From an uncultured Ignavibacteriales bacterium (GTDB taxonomy: Bacteria > Zixibacteria > MSB-5A5 > GN15 > FEB-12): DNA of 64,000 nt. Under the pieces are notes generated by a model. The model ran no database searches. It had not been told where the DNA came from and worked only from the letters and a program-made list of their open reading frames with translations. The first letter of the stretch is position 1. Every line of letters begins with the position of its first letter. Where the stretch lies: positions 19,197 through 83,196 of the forward strand of contig CAYNIJ010000011.1 in assembly GCA_964397415.1 (NCBI GenBank), read 5' to 3'. Below, one piece after another: positions 56,301 through 61,923 of this stretch. Both the position numbers and the translations under genes were made by a program.

Positions 56301-57667
56301 GTCAGATTGGTAGTGTAGACCGATATGCCACTTCTCTTCAGGATGATCTGAGCAGTCCCGCCGACACTGGCATCGGTGAAAAGCACCAGATCGACCGATT
56401 GGCCGTTGCAGGTGGTAATGTTCGAGACGAATTGTCCGGTGATAAAGGCGCCAACTGCGAAGTCGACAGAACCATCGCCGTTGTATCCATCCGGTCCGCC
56501 TGCACCTACCAGCGTGTAGGTCATATCTGTCGGCGCGCTCAGCAATTGCCCGCCGTATTGCACATTGCCGGAGCTATTGGAGAAAGTCCCGTAGGAGGCA
56601 ATGGAGTTAAAGAAGTAGAAGTTGGGTAGAGTTACGGAAACGCCCGAGGTCACGCCGACTGGCGGCACGAAGTCTGTCGCAACATACAGTGGCTTGCCGG
56701 GGAAACCTCCGCCGACCTGAGTAACGGTGCCACCGAGTTGACGAACTTTGTTGACCTCGTCAAAATTATATCTGTTTCCACCATACATTCCGATATTGCT
56801 GTAGATCGTGTCAATATCGCAATTCGGGTCAGTCACGGTTACGGGGAGACAGACTGTGTCGGGACCGCATAGAAAGACCGTAGAATCCGCTGGAAGCGAC
56901 ACAAAAGGCGCGAGACCGGCGGTGTTCGCTACGATGACTCCCTGGCAATCAACCGACGAGGAGAGACTGACTCGCTGCGTTGTATCGCAAGCACTGTTTG
57001 GTGGTTGTGCCGGCGCAGGTTGAGACTCTCCATCAAATCTGACTTTCAGTGAATAGTTCCCTGGAGTTACCGGTATCTGGAGAGTCGCGCAGGCTATGCC
57101 GTTGGCGTCGGTGTATGCGGAATCGTCGGCCGAACCATCATTACTGCAGTTGCCTGGATTAAAGTAGAACAACACCTTGCGATTGGGGAGAGGATTATCA
57201 ACCCCGGCCGGACAGCTCTGCGTTAAGAACGCGCAGATATCGACAGTATTGCCTGCGCACAGCGTGTCGTTGGCGGACACGGTCATCTCTATTTTCGAGT
57301 TTGCGTCGGTAAATGTGGTCGTTGCCACAATGCCGGATGTCAGCCCGATGGCGGTCAGGAGGAATGACTGGTCAACGGCTTCATTTGGCACGATCCAGTG
57401 TGTCTCGAAGTTCCCTGAAGCATCGGCCCACACATACCACGGCCCGTCACTGTCTCCCACACCCGGGTTGAGGATGTTGGTTATCTCAACTGAGATCTGT
57501 TCCAGCGGGGCAAATCCGTTCCCCTTGATAATGACGGAGTCGCCGGGAGCATAATCCGACGTGTCGGTTTCCACGATTGTTGCCGACACTGTCGCGGCGA
57601 AAGCCGACGGACTGAACAGGCAGCAACAAACGAGAATGGCGAAACAGAAAAGGATCAGTGACCGCAT
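47375..57667 (-). CDS. giant (3,430 aa) secreted repeat protein: ~29 four-Cys Ig-like modules + cohesin-like + dockerin-like + T9SS C-terminal sorting domain
   Basis: Start set at ATG 57667, giving signal peptide MRSLILFCFAILVCCCLFSPSAFA. Single uninterrupted frame. See the module features and findings below. Confidence 0.85.
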   Translation of the reverse strand: MRSLILFCFAILVCCCLFSPSAFAATVSATIVETDTSDYAPGDSVIIKGNGFAPLEQISVEITNILNPGVGDSDGPWYVWADASGNFETHWIVPNEAVDQSFLLTAIGLTSGIVATTTFTDANSKIEMTVSANDTLCAGNTVDICAFLTQSCPAGVDNPLPNRKVLFYFNPGNCSNDGSADDSAYTDANGIACATLQIPVTPGNYSLKVRFDGESQPAPAQPPNSACDTTQRVSLSSSVDCQGVIVANTAGLAPFVSLPADSTVFLCGPDTVCLPVTVTDPNCDIDTIYSNIGMYGGNRYNFDEVNKVRQLGGTVTQVGGGFPGKPLYVATDFVPPVGVTSGVSVTLPNFYFFNSIASYGTFSNSSGNVQYGGQLLSAPTDMTYTLVGAGGPDGYNGDGSVDFAVGAFITGQFVSNITTCNGQSVDLVLFTDASVGGTAQIILKRSGISVYTTNLTIAASSSGSGTGGITVDLPDHVLFNQVYIKGLTGTFRIDAVAARYAPSPSAADICFPADTAGTYRVIVFASDHCTHSGADTMFVTVTMNQPPVVNAGADSSVFQCVASQICKTISFSDPNDNIQTKQLISGPGSLVGNQVCFTPTMSGTNTFIVRATDSCGAFDQDTFNITVTINSAPVATNPPAQSKFLCSLTQQCYTFTASDVNGGTLTWAMLSGPGSITSGGLYCFTPAAPGNYTATVTVTDPCGLKDTTSITYTIGLNGAPVAVNPMTPAALFLCTNSQICYLFTATDPNGNPLTWTKLSGAGTVTTGGNWCFTPSGNGAYSVVVMVADSCGAADTTTLTYNVSINGAPTIAFGNDTTVSTCTPQQICLSYSVSDPQGLAKLTESMISGYGTIDTVNNRICFTPASSGTYQFITSVTDSCGASDRDTINAIVSFGQVATITCPPSAINITGCAGGQVCQAIAITPPTATVTASYGTYSGGNLCFTADTAGHYVIRLIATAPCGADTCDISFNITITPDPNLVCPGTQTKFICAPGQICIPVGGAMSATWQITPIGTYSSGNVCFNADTSGTYILKVKATTPCGVDSCNLQVNVVINSAPVATNPPATIDTFVCSTANICRQFTASDVNGGPLTWSRLSGAGTVSSSGQWCFTASSSGTYSIVAKVADSCSAADTVSMTYNVAMNSAPTIALGNDTTIFVCTPSTVCLPFAVSDPNNNVQGVSIVSGSGTIGLNPNQLCFTAGVGGMLTFVAQVTDSCGATDLDTINVTVQINHAPVVNAGPDQTIFQCGLAPICWPAGATDVDNNLASVVMITGPGTFNGSQICFTPTGTLNYEFVLKATDACGVIRYDTVVIYYTLNTAPVANAGADQTVFQCSPTQICWPASTSDINGNLASSSLISGPGSFNGSQICFTPSGTGLYTFILQAVDGCGASDLDTVNINVTINSAPICQVPNDTTIFQCAAAQVCLPVGATDVNGNLTSCQILSGPGALSGGNWCYTPIASQIVNVTVLCTDACGATCQSDFTVEFKINQAPSIAFANYGQFFLCSPQQICVSYSASDPNDPRPRTVTLVSGSGTLDTGNNRVCFTPTATGIYPFVVKVTDECGLFAMDTINVDVKINSAPVANAGPNQSIFQCAPTSICWPASCSDPDANLSSCTMTGPGTYSGGQICFTPASSGTYAFVLTATDACGLQNVDTVQITVTLNGAPTIALGADTSVFMCTPTQVCMNYSVSDPNGMAKISEFLTEGFGTIDTANNKVCFTPTSSGTYSFVVSAVDSCGAFDRDTIRAIITFGAFADITCPTGPLAKFLCAPGTVCQPLTIAPAGATVTTTLGTYSGGQLCFNAPTSGTYNARVIATTACSADTCDLTFNVTINTAPVADAGPDQSVFQCTPDWICWPVSCTDVNGNLDSCKLISGPGTYNGSAICFTPASSGVYTFILRSVDQCGASDQDTVNITVTLNSAPSLAFGADTSLFLCTPQQVCMSYSVSDPNGMAKLTEVLTAGFGTLDSANNKVCFTPTTAGTYEFIVSVTDSCGLSDRDTIRAIITFGTFADITCPTGPILASLCGAGQVCQTLAITPPGATVTTTLGTYSGGQLCFNADTSGTYTARVIASSSCGADTCNISFLVTIGQAAQLNCPGTQTVFVCAPGNVSVPIGVMGAGAVVTVSPIGSYSSGNIVFPADTSGHYVLTVIAATTCGADTCQVVADVTINSRPVAVNPATPKDTFVCASANICYQFSASDINGGTLTWSKLTGSGTVSPTGQWCFTAGATGAYSVLAAVTDPCGASDTVTLTYNVTINSAPTIAFGNDTTLALCPGGSACLPYTLTDVNANVTLEELVSGSGTINTGANTVCFSPASAGMYTFIVKATDACGATDQDTIHVTVTIGEVPVVVCPGTQNFFLCSSQQICVPVTVTPGSATVTVSPTGTYSGGNVCFTPATSGAYTLTIIASNYCGSDTCQVTVNVTINSRPVAVDPISPKDTFICASTNICYQFAASDVNGGTLNWSRLSGSGTVTPGGLWCFTANSAGIYAVTAAVVDSCGAADTVAMTYNVTQNVAPIIALGNDTTRFQCASTQICLPYTVIDPNNNVTAEQVISGGTIDTVANTVCFTPPATGVYTVIVQVTDGCGAVDRDTINVTVNQNRPPVANAGPDQTLFVCTPNPICWPASGSDPDNNLDSVKVVSGTGSYSAGTICFTPATSGTYTFILRVVDKCGVSVQDTVVIQVTLNSPPVCQVPPNTTYFQCTPTQVSLPVSATDVDGNFVNCQIVSGPGSISGGQWQYTPSVDEVRKVVIECADACGATCRDSFTVVFKLNAPPVVNSGPDSTVFLCANKTICWDVAAADEDLNLQSVELLSPLGTYNPVTKKICFDAVYGDMPTGQYSFVIKATDSCGAVDYDTTVITLDYNNRPVVVGPPNFTAYMEQVGPLCFDIAISDPDNNLSSVNVAPMGTYNSSTGQVCFNVAAKGTYCLYVTATDACGLQTVDTVCIEVTVDECMHVEIEKTHNALQGQHETVNIFMNGSGKPLGGFDFLIAYDPTALTPMGVKPGPLFEQCGWEYFTFRYGASGNCDGCPDGLIRIVGMAETNNGAYHPGCFFQGLVGSMAQIDFMVSNDRTLECMYAPIQFYWIECTDNALSSVAGDTLWISRRVYDFEHNQIQDNSFGLPGYVGAPDYCLESPGPGKPGPQRCIDFQNGGVDIVCADSIDARADVNLNGIAYEIADAVLFSNYFIRGLTVFTVNQAGQVAATDVNADGLVLTVADLVYLIRAVVGDIPMTPKLSPQAAYQAEVAVSDGVLSIGKTDARIGAMSLVLEGQVEPTLHESASQMELKTAYDGKVTRVLIYSSTGKGFIESGPVMYLKSAKIVKSVELGSYDGYVVDAKISLLPSEYSLSQNYPNPFNPVTTIEFALPKSGEWTLTIYNVLGQEVTNWHKRTEAGYQKIDFDATQYASGVYFYRLVADNFTATKKMVLLK
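47378..47625 (-). other. T9SS type-A C-terminal sorting domain
   Basis: ..LSQNYPNPFNPVTTIEF..LTIYNVLGQEV..ASGVYFYRLVA..KKMVLLK at the extreme C-terminus (TIGR04183-like pattern). Confidence 0.85.
47975..48170 (-). other. dockerin-like module (two EF-hand-like segments)
   Basis: DVNLNGIAYEIADAVLFSNYFI ... DVNADGLVLTVADLVYLIRAVVG. Confidence 0.6.
48390..48810 (-). other. cohesin-like module
   Basis: VEIEKTHNALQGQHETVNIFMNGSGKPLGGFDFLIAYDPTALTPMGVKPG..IRIVGMAE..MAQIDFMV follows the cohesin strand pattern as I recall it. Confidence 0.55.
48815..56150 (-). repeat. tandem array of ~29 coding repeats (~250-280 nt each) with ~768-771-nt three-module super-repeats
   Basis: The motif ..C-F-T-P-x3-G-x-Y.. 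recurs 29 times (with variants). DNA stretches about 75% identical by eye recur at offsets of 768 nt (51842 vs 52610) and 771 nt (50377 vs 51148). Confidence 0.8.
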
Positions 57668-58053
57668 AGCTGAGGTCCTTCTATGGTTTGCAAACGTGTT
57701 TTTCTTTGTGGAAAATGAAGTTCCGGGGTGGTAACCGAGGCGAAGAGAGTGTGAGTTCCGTGACTCAGCGCAGCCTTCGTCGGATCTTGGTGCTGACACA
57801 CCTGTTCGATGTGAGATCGAATCTACGCAATCGTAATAACGCGACAATGTCCCCTCCTGGGGTTCGGCGTCAACTACACCGGTTGTAAGCGTACTGGTGT
57901 GCGCGACGGTGACTACGGATCGTCAGCAATTCGCCGACGCCGTAAATGTCATTCACGCCAATACGGTTTGTCATGAACTTTTGATATAATGGATTGCGAG
58001 ATATAACGCTGAATTGCTGTACCAGTCGACTACGGAATCGAAGTCACTGATTG

Positions 58054-58082
58054 ATTACATGGATTTCCGCACTGGTAGTCAA
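58054..58082 (-). promoter_or_regulatory. candidate promoter for the giant gene (would give ~380-nt 5' UTR)
   Basis: On the minus strand: TTGACT-N17-TGTAAT. This is the only reasonable sigma70-like match I found in the spacer; weak evidence. Confidence 0.2.
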
Positions 58083-58480
58083 TGAGCAAGGTGCAATCGT
58101 TAGTATTACCTCTCGTCAATCACCTAAAATCTTGTTGAGTTAGTAAGGCGGAAGAGGTTCGAAAACTGCGAGCAAAGGATTCTCACGCAGGTCCGCCCCG
58201 AGCACATTATAAGGAAACCCAATTTTGGCGTATTGTCAAGCAATTTTCGCTGTTTGCCCCGAGTATGAATCTGGTACGCGCGGGTCCACGAATACGGGTT
58301 TGCCGAGGGTGCGATCCGAAGCTGGGTTCTTGCGCAGGTCAGCTCGTATTGAGGAATCACCGAGAACCCAAGAAGTGGAGTCCAAGGTTGGCGTCAATCG
58401 GTACTGTCAAGTCTGATAGCCAGGTCTCGTAACTTTAGGTGGTACTTGGTGATGATGCACTTCAAGCAGGGAAATCTGTC

Positions 58481-58603
58481 GGCGCTCAGGTCCAGGGGCC
58501 GGGGCGGGTAAGCTGTGTTCCAAGAGCTTTGAGTAAGGATTATGTGCGGTTCGGCGCGGAGTTCGCAGGCAATACGCCCCGGCCCCTGGCTCCCTGATGC
58601 GCC
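58481..58603. other. 123-nt element closed by a 25-bp GC-rich interrupted stem (candidate structured RNA or palindromic element)
   Basis: 58492-58506 (CCAGGGGCCGGGGCG) is the perfect reverse complement of 58575-58589. The stem is extended by TCAGG/CCTGA and GGCGC/GCGCC. The interior holds two small hairpins (AAGCT..AGCTT and TGCG..CGCA). Confidence 0.3.
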
Positions 58604-58683
58604 GAATGGATTATTACACAATCGAGTGTTCCGTGCGAATCATAATTGATTGGCGGCTATTTTGGGACTGTTCCAGACTCGCA

Positions 58684-58722
58684 TAAAAGAAAAGGGCCCC
58701 TCGGTTACACAACCGAAAGGCC
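58684..58722 (-). terminator. rho-independent terminator after tRNA-Asn
   Basis: On the minus strand: GGCCTTTCGGTT-GTGT-AACCGAGGGGCC (12 bp including two G-U pairs) followed by CTTTTCTTTTAT. Confidence 0.7.
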
Positions 58723-58738
58723 TGATCTACAACTTAAG

Positions 58739-58811
58739 CTCCCCCGGCTGGACTCGAACCAGCGACCCGCTGATTAACAGTCAGCTGCTCTACCGACTGA
58801 GCTACAGGGGA
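58739..58811 (-). tRNA. tRNA-Asn (anticodon GTT)
   Basis: The minus strand reads TCCCCTG-TA-GCTCAGTCGGTAGAGC-A-GCTGA-CTGTTAA-TCAGC-GGGTC-GCTGG-TTCGAGT-CCAGC-CGGGGGA-G. The cloverleaf folds by hand and is close to E. coli tRNA-Asn. CCA is not encoded. Confidence 0.9.
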
Positions 58812-59016
58812 GTGTATGAGCTAATTCTATGTTGTACCATCGGTTTCAGGCACAGCCTGTCCCCGAGAGGAATCGTAGTATATAGTATTTCGGCGACTTG
58901 TCAAATACTTTTAGCCCACCATTTCCCTGCCGGTCACTCCCAGCTAATCACTTGTACGGCATGCGTGTGGGCAACACATGTGGTCAATCTATGCGAAGAG
59001 CCCGGGCTTTTCTGGC

Positions 59017-59046
59017 TTGCCTCAACTTCGCGAGACCCGCTATATT
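59017..59046 (+). promoter_or_regulatory. candidate sigma70-type promoter for hprK
   Basis: TTGCCT-N18-TATATT ending 10 nt before ATG 59056, implying a very short leader or leaderless mRNA. Confidence 0.3.
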
Positions 59047-59055
59047 GAATTGATT

Positions 59056-60027
59056 ATGGCATCTTTAACGGTCGAAAAACTCTATCAGGGTAGAAACCGC
59101 GATCTGGAACTAACCCTCCTGACTTCCTCCGATTCAGGACTTCTGAAGCTCATCAATAACGCCGAGTTGCACCGCCCCGGGCTTGCCCTGGCCGGCTTCT
59201 TCGAGCGTTTTGCCAATAAGCGCATCCAGATTCTCGGTGAGACTGAAATGACTTACATGACTGGACTTCCGGCTCAGCAGCTCGAGGCGGTCACCGAAAA
59301 GATGTTCGGCTATGATTTACCAATGGTAATTATCGCTAAAGGGATCACCCCGCCGATCGCTTTTCTCCGGATGGCGGAACGCCATAATACTGCCGTCTTT
59401 AGCAGCCGCCTGACCACCGCGATTCTCTCAGCGCGACTTGCGGCATTCCTGGATCACGCCTTTGCGCCCTCAACAAACGCGCATGGAACTCTGGTAGACG
59501 TTTACGGCGTAGGACTACTTTATACCGGCAAGTCGGGTATAGGCAAGTCGGAGGTTGCGCTCGATCTGGTCGAGCGCGGACACCGTCTGGTGGCCGATGA
59601 TGTGGTGAAGATCACTCGGGCAGCCCCGGATGTCATTATCGGCTCTGGCTCCGAGCTATTAGGTCACCACATGGAAATCCGGGGGGTCGGAATAATCGAC
59701 ATTGAGGAGCTTTTTGGGATCCGGGCGATCCGGTTGCAGAAGCGCATAGAGGTCGAGGTCCGTCTGACGCTCTGGTCGGAGACCGCCGACTATGAGCGGC
59801 TTGGCATCCAGGAAAGTTACACCACTTTGTTGGGGGTCAATATCCCCCTGATCAATGTGCCGATATCACCCGGCAAAAACATCACCGTGATCTCGGAAGT
59901 CATTGCCATGAACCATATGCTGAAGGTGTATGGCGAAAACTCAGCTCTGGAGTTCACCAAAAAGCTCTCGCAGCGCCTGTCCCGCCAGTCCACGACCAAA
60001 GATTATCTCGAATCGGACTACGAATAG
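59056..60027 (+). CDS. hprK: HPr kinase/phosphorylase
   Basis: Start at ATG 59056 (MASLTVEKLYQ..). P-loop GKSGIGKSEVALDLV.RGHRLVADD and the ..HMEIRGVGIIDI.. signature. Confidence 0.9.
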   Translation: MASLTVEKLYQGRNRDLELTLLTSSDSGLLKLINNAELHRPGLALAGFFERFANKRIQILGETEMTYMTGLPAQQLEAVTEKMFGYDLPMVIIAKGITPPIAFLRMAERHNTAVFSSRLTTAILSARLAAFLDHAFAPSTNAHGTLVDVYGVGLLYTGKSGIGKSEVALDLVERGHRLVADDVVKITRAAPDVIIGSGSELLGHHMEIRGVGIIDIEELFGIRAIRLQKRIEVEVRLTLWSETADYERLGIQESYTTLLGVNIPLINVPISPGKNITVISEVIAMNHMLKVYGENSALEFTKKLSQRLSRQSTTKDYLESDYE

Positions 60028-60063
60028 CCGTTTACGGCTATACGCCTCTTACCCCAAAACTCC

Positions 60064-60092
60064 TTGATATTGCGTCCGTTAGGTAGTATCAT
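60064..60092 (+). promoter_or_regulatory. candidate sigma70-type promoter for the PPIase operon
   Basis: TTGATA-N17-TATCAT, about 85 nt upstream of ATG 60178. Confidence 0.35.
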
Positions 60093-60177
60093 TTCAGCCT
60101 TGTCCGTCGATATTCGGCGGAACTGTTGTCCAGTGGCATAGTACAATGCTTACCGCGTATGGAGGTTAGAGATAGTT

Positions 60178-61923
60178 ATGAGCAGAATCTGGAAGCGTGA
60201 GTTCGTGGTCGTGGCGATGATGCTGGCCGCGCTCATCACCGGTTGCTCGAAATCGAACGACAAAGTGATCGCCGAAGTCGGCTCTTATGATATCACGGTT
60301 GACCAGTTCGAGGAGCTGACAAAAACCCTGCCGCAGAATTTCACCAGCGCCCAGGAAGAATTCGACATGAAGAGCCAGATCCTGGACTCAATGATCGTCC
60401 AGCGGCTGCTCATCCTGGCCGGGTACGAAAAGGGTATCGACAAGCTGGAGGAAGTGGCCCAGGCGGTAGCCGCCAATAAAGACAAGTTCCTGTTGGATAT
60501 TCTTTACAAACGCACGGTGGAGGACAAGGTCACCGCTCCGGATGCCGAAATTCAGGCACTCTGGTCGAAATTGGAGTTCCGTCACAAGGTTAGCCATATC
60601 CTGATAGATTCCAAAGATTCTGCTGACGCGTTGGTTGCCCGGTTGGCGAACGGGGAGAATTTCGAGCAACTGGCATATGACCGCTCTCAGGATCAGACCG
60701 CCAAACGTAATCGCGGCGAACTGGGTTTCCTCCAGTTTGGGGCGATGCCCAGCGCGCAGGAGTTTGAGGAAGCGATGCTGGCGCTGGAGATCGGCGAGAT
60801 CTCCACTCCGGTCAAGACCAGATTTGGATACCATATTATCAAGGTGACAGAGCGGCTGCCCAACGAATCACGTCAGCCCTATGAGGCGATGAAAGAAAAC
60901 CTCGAGCGGATGCTTAAAAATCTCAAGCGGACTCGATTGACCGCTGCGTATATCGACGCGATCAAAGCCAAGTATCCGTTCACGGTCGATCGCTCGACGC
61001 TCGACTATGTCATCCACAAGCGGAACGATCTCTATCCCGCGGAGATCCTGCGAACATTGCCGAAGAACGATTTCGACGACCGCCAACTGGATCGCAATGA
61101 ACGGGAACTGGTGGTCGCTACGTGGGAAGGCGGACAGGTCACTCTGGGAGACTACCTGACACTGGCTCGCTCGCTTCCGCAACAGGCTCGACCCAGTTTT
61201 GAGGCATTCGACTCCATGCCGGCCGCCGTTTTTCAGGCTAAGCTTTCAGATATCCTCATTCTCGAGGCGACCAAAGAGGGATTGGAGAATGACGATGAGT
61301 TCAAGCGCAAACTGACCCTGTTCAAAGATCTGACGATCGCGGACGTAATGCGCAACGACTCCATCATGACCTCCAAGCCGCCGACGGAAGAACAGATGCG
61401 CCAGTATTACGACGCGCACCAGAACGAGTATATGGATGCCGCGCGTGTTCACATTTACGAGATACTTGTCAGCGATGAATTGCTGGCCAATAAGCTGACC
61501 AATCTTCGCTCGCTGGCTGACTTCAAGAAGCGCGCGGTGGAACTGACCGAGCGCCCGGCGCTTAAAACCACCGAGGGCGATCTGGGATATATCACCCGTG
61601 ACCGCTATCCGGAGATCTTCGATGCCGCTTACAAGTCGGCAATCGGCGAGATCGGCGGACCGGTCCAGACGACCGGCGGCAAATACTCTGTGTATTACGT
61701 GGTCGATAAGATCGATGCCCAGATCAGGGATTTCCTGGCGGTGCGACCGATGATTCAACAGAAGTTGGCCGCGGATGACGCCGCTCAGCGATTTAATCAG
61801 TGGGTCAAAGAACGCAAGGACGCGACCACGATCGAGATCAATCATGATGTCCTCTGGTCTACGGTCAACAAGGAGAAATACTCCGCGGTGACGGCCCCCG
61901 CGGGTACACCATCAGGGAATTGA
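60178..61923 (+). CDS. peptidylprolyl isomerase lipoprotein (SurA/PpiD/PrsA family, parvulin domain)
   Basis: Lipobox LITGC and parvulin signature ..TRFGYHIIKV... 581 aa. Confidence 0.8.
   Translation: MSRIWKREFVVVAMMLAALITGCSKSNDKVIAEVGSYDITVDQFEELTKTLPQNFTSAQEEFDMKSQILDSMIVQRLLILAGYEKGIDKLEEVAQAVAANKDKFLLDILYKRTVEDKVTAPDAEIQALWSKLEFRHKVSHILIDSKDSADALVARLANGENFEQLAYDRSQDQTAKRNRGELGFLQFGAMPSAQEFEEAMLALEIGEISTPVKTRFGYHIIKVTERLPNESRQPYEAMKENLERMLKNLKRTRLTAAYIDAIKAKYPFTVDRSTLDYVIHKRNDLYPAEILRTLPKNDFDDRQLDRNERELVVATWEGGQVTLGDYLTLARSLPQQARPSFEAFDSMPAAVFQAKLSDILILEATKEGLENDDEFKRKLTLFKDLTIADVMRNDSIMTSKPPTEEQMRQYYDAHQNEYMDAARVHIYEILVSDELLANKLTNLRSLADFKKRAVELTERPALKTTEGDLGYITRDRYPEIFDAAYKSAIGEIGGPVQTTGGKYSVYYVVDKIDAQIRDFLAVRPMIQQKLAADDAAQRFNQWVKERKDATTIEINHDVLWSTVNKEKYSAVTAPAGTPSGN

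Noticed and set aside
47831-57554. About 45 ORF-track ORFs (60-201 aa) antisense to, or in alternative frames of, the giant gene. Examples: 53684-54289 (+), 48154-48639 (-), 48518-48928 (+), 55569-55991 (-).
   Set aside because: They lie entirely inside one long, internally consistent 3,430-codon frame with clear domain logic. Their sequences are low-complexity, Arg/Gly/Ser-rich mirror images typical of GC-rich antisense frames, with no RBS or motifs.
57676-57700. GCAAACC motif just upstream of the giant gene start, reminiscent of the GGCAAACC core of c-di-GMP-I (GEMM) riboswitches, which often precede adhesin genes.
   Set aside because: Only that heptamer matches. The ACGCAAAGC partner and the P1/P2 helices are absent, and the remaining aptamer would have to overlap the RBS and coding sequence.
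58486-58600. TCAGGTCC within the long hairpin resembles the CAGGUCCGGAAGG core of SRP (4.5S) RNA. CTGATG..GAA near 58594-58607 resembles a hammerhead core.
   Set aside because: The GGAAGCAGCC/GNRA helix-8 motif of SRP RNA is missing and the interior is too large. The hammerhead CUGAUGA/GAAA cores and the three-stem geometry do not fit.
58124-58621. Three short ORFs (63-78 aa) in the 1-kb spacer (58124-58360 -, 58225-58416 +, 58394-58621 -).
   Set aside because: They overlap one another on opposite strands and lack an SD. Their composition is Cys/Arg-rich and odd, and I recognise no motif. They are treated as non-coding, although a small protein cannot be excluded.
57668-58811. The idea that the giant gene region is a genomic island integrated at tRNA-Asn.
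   Set aside because: There is no integrase or recombinase gene, and I noticed no direct repeat of the tRNA 3' end elsewhere in the window. The flanking genes are ordinary housekeeping genes. This cannot be excluded without a systematic repeat search.
58650-59048. 132-aa plus-strand ORF spanning the tRNA-Asn locus.
   Set aside because: It runs antisense straight through a hand-foldable tRNA and its terminator, and ends just before the real hprK start.
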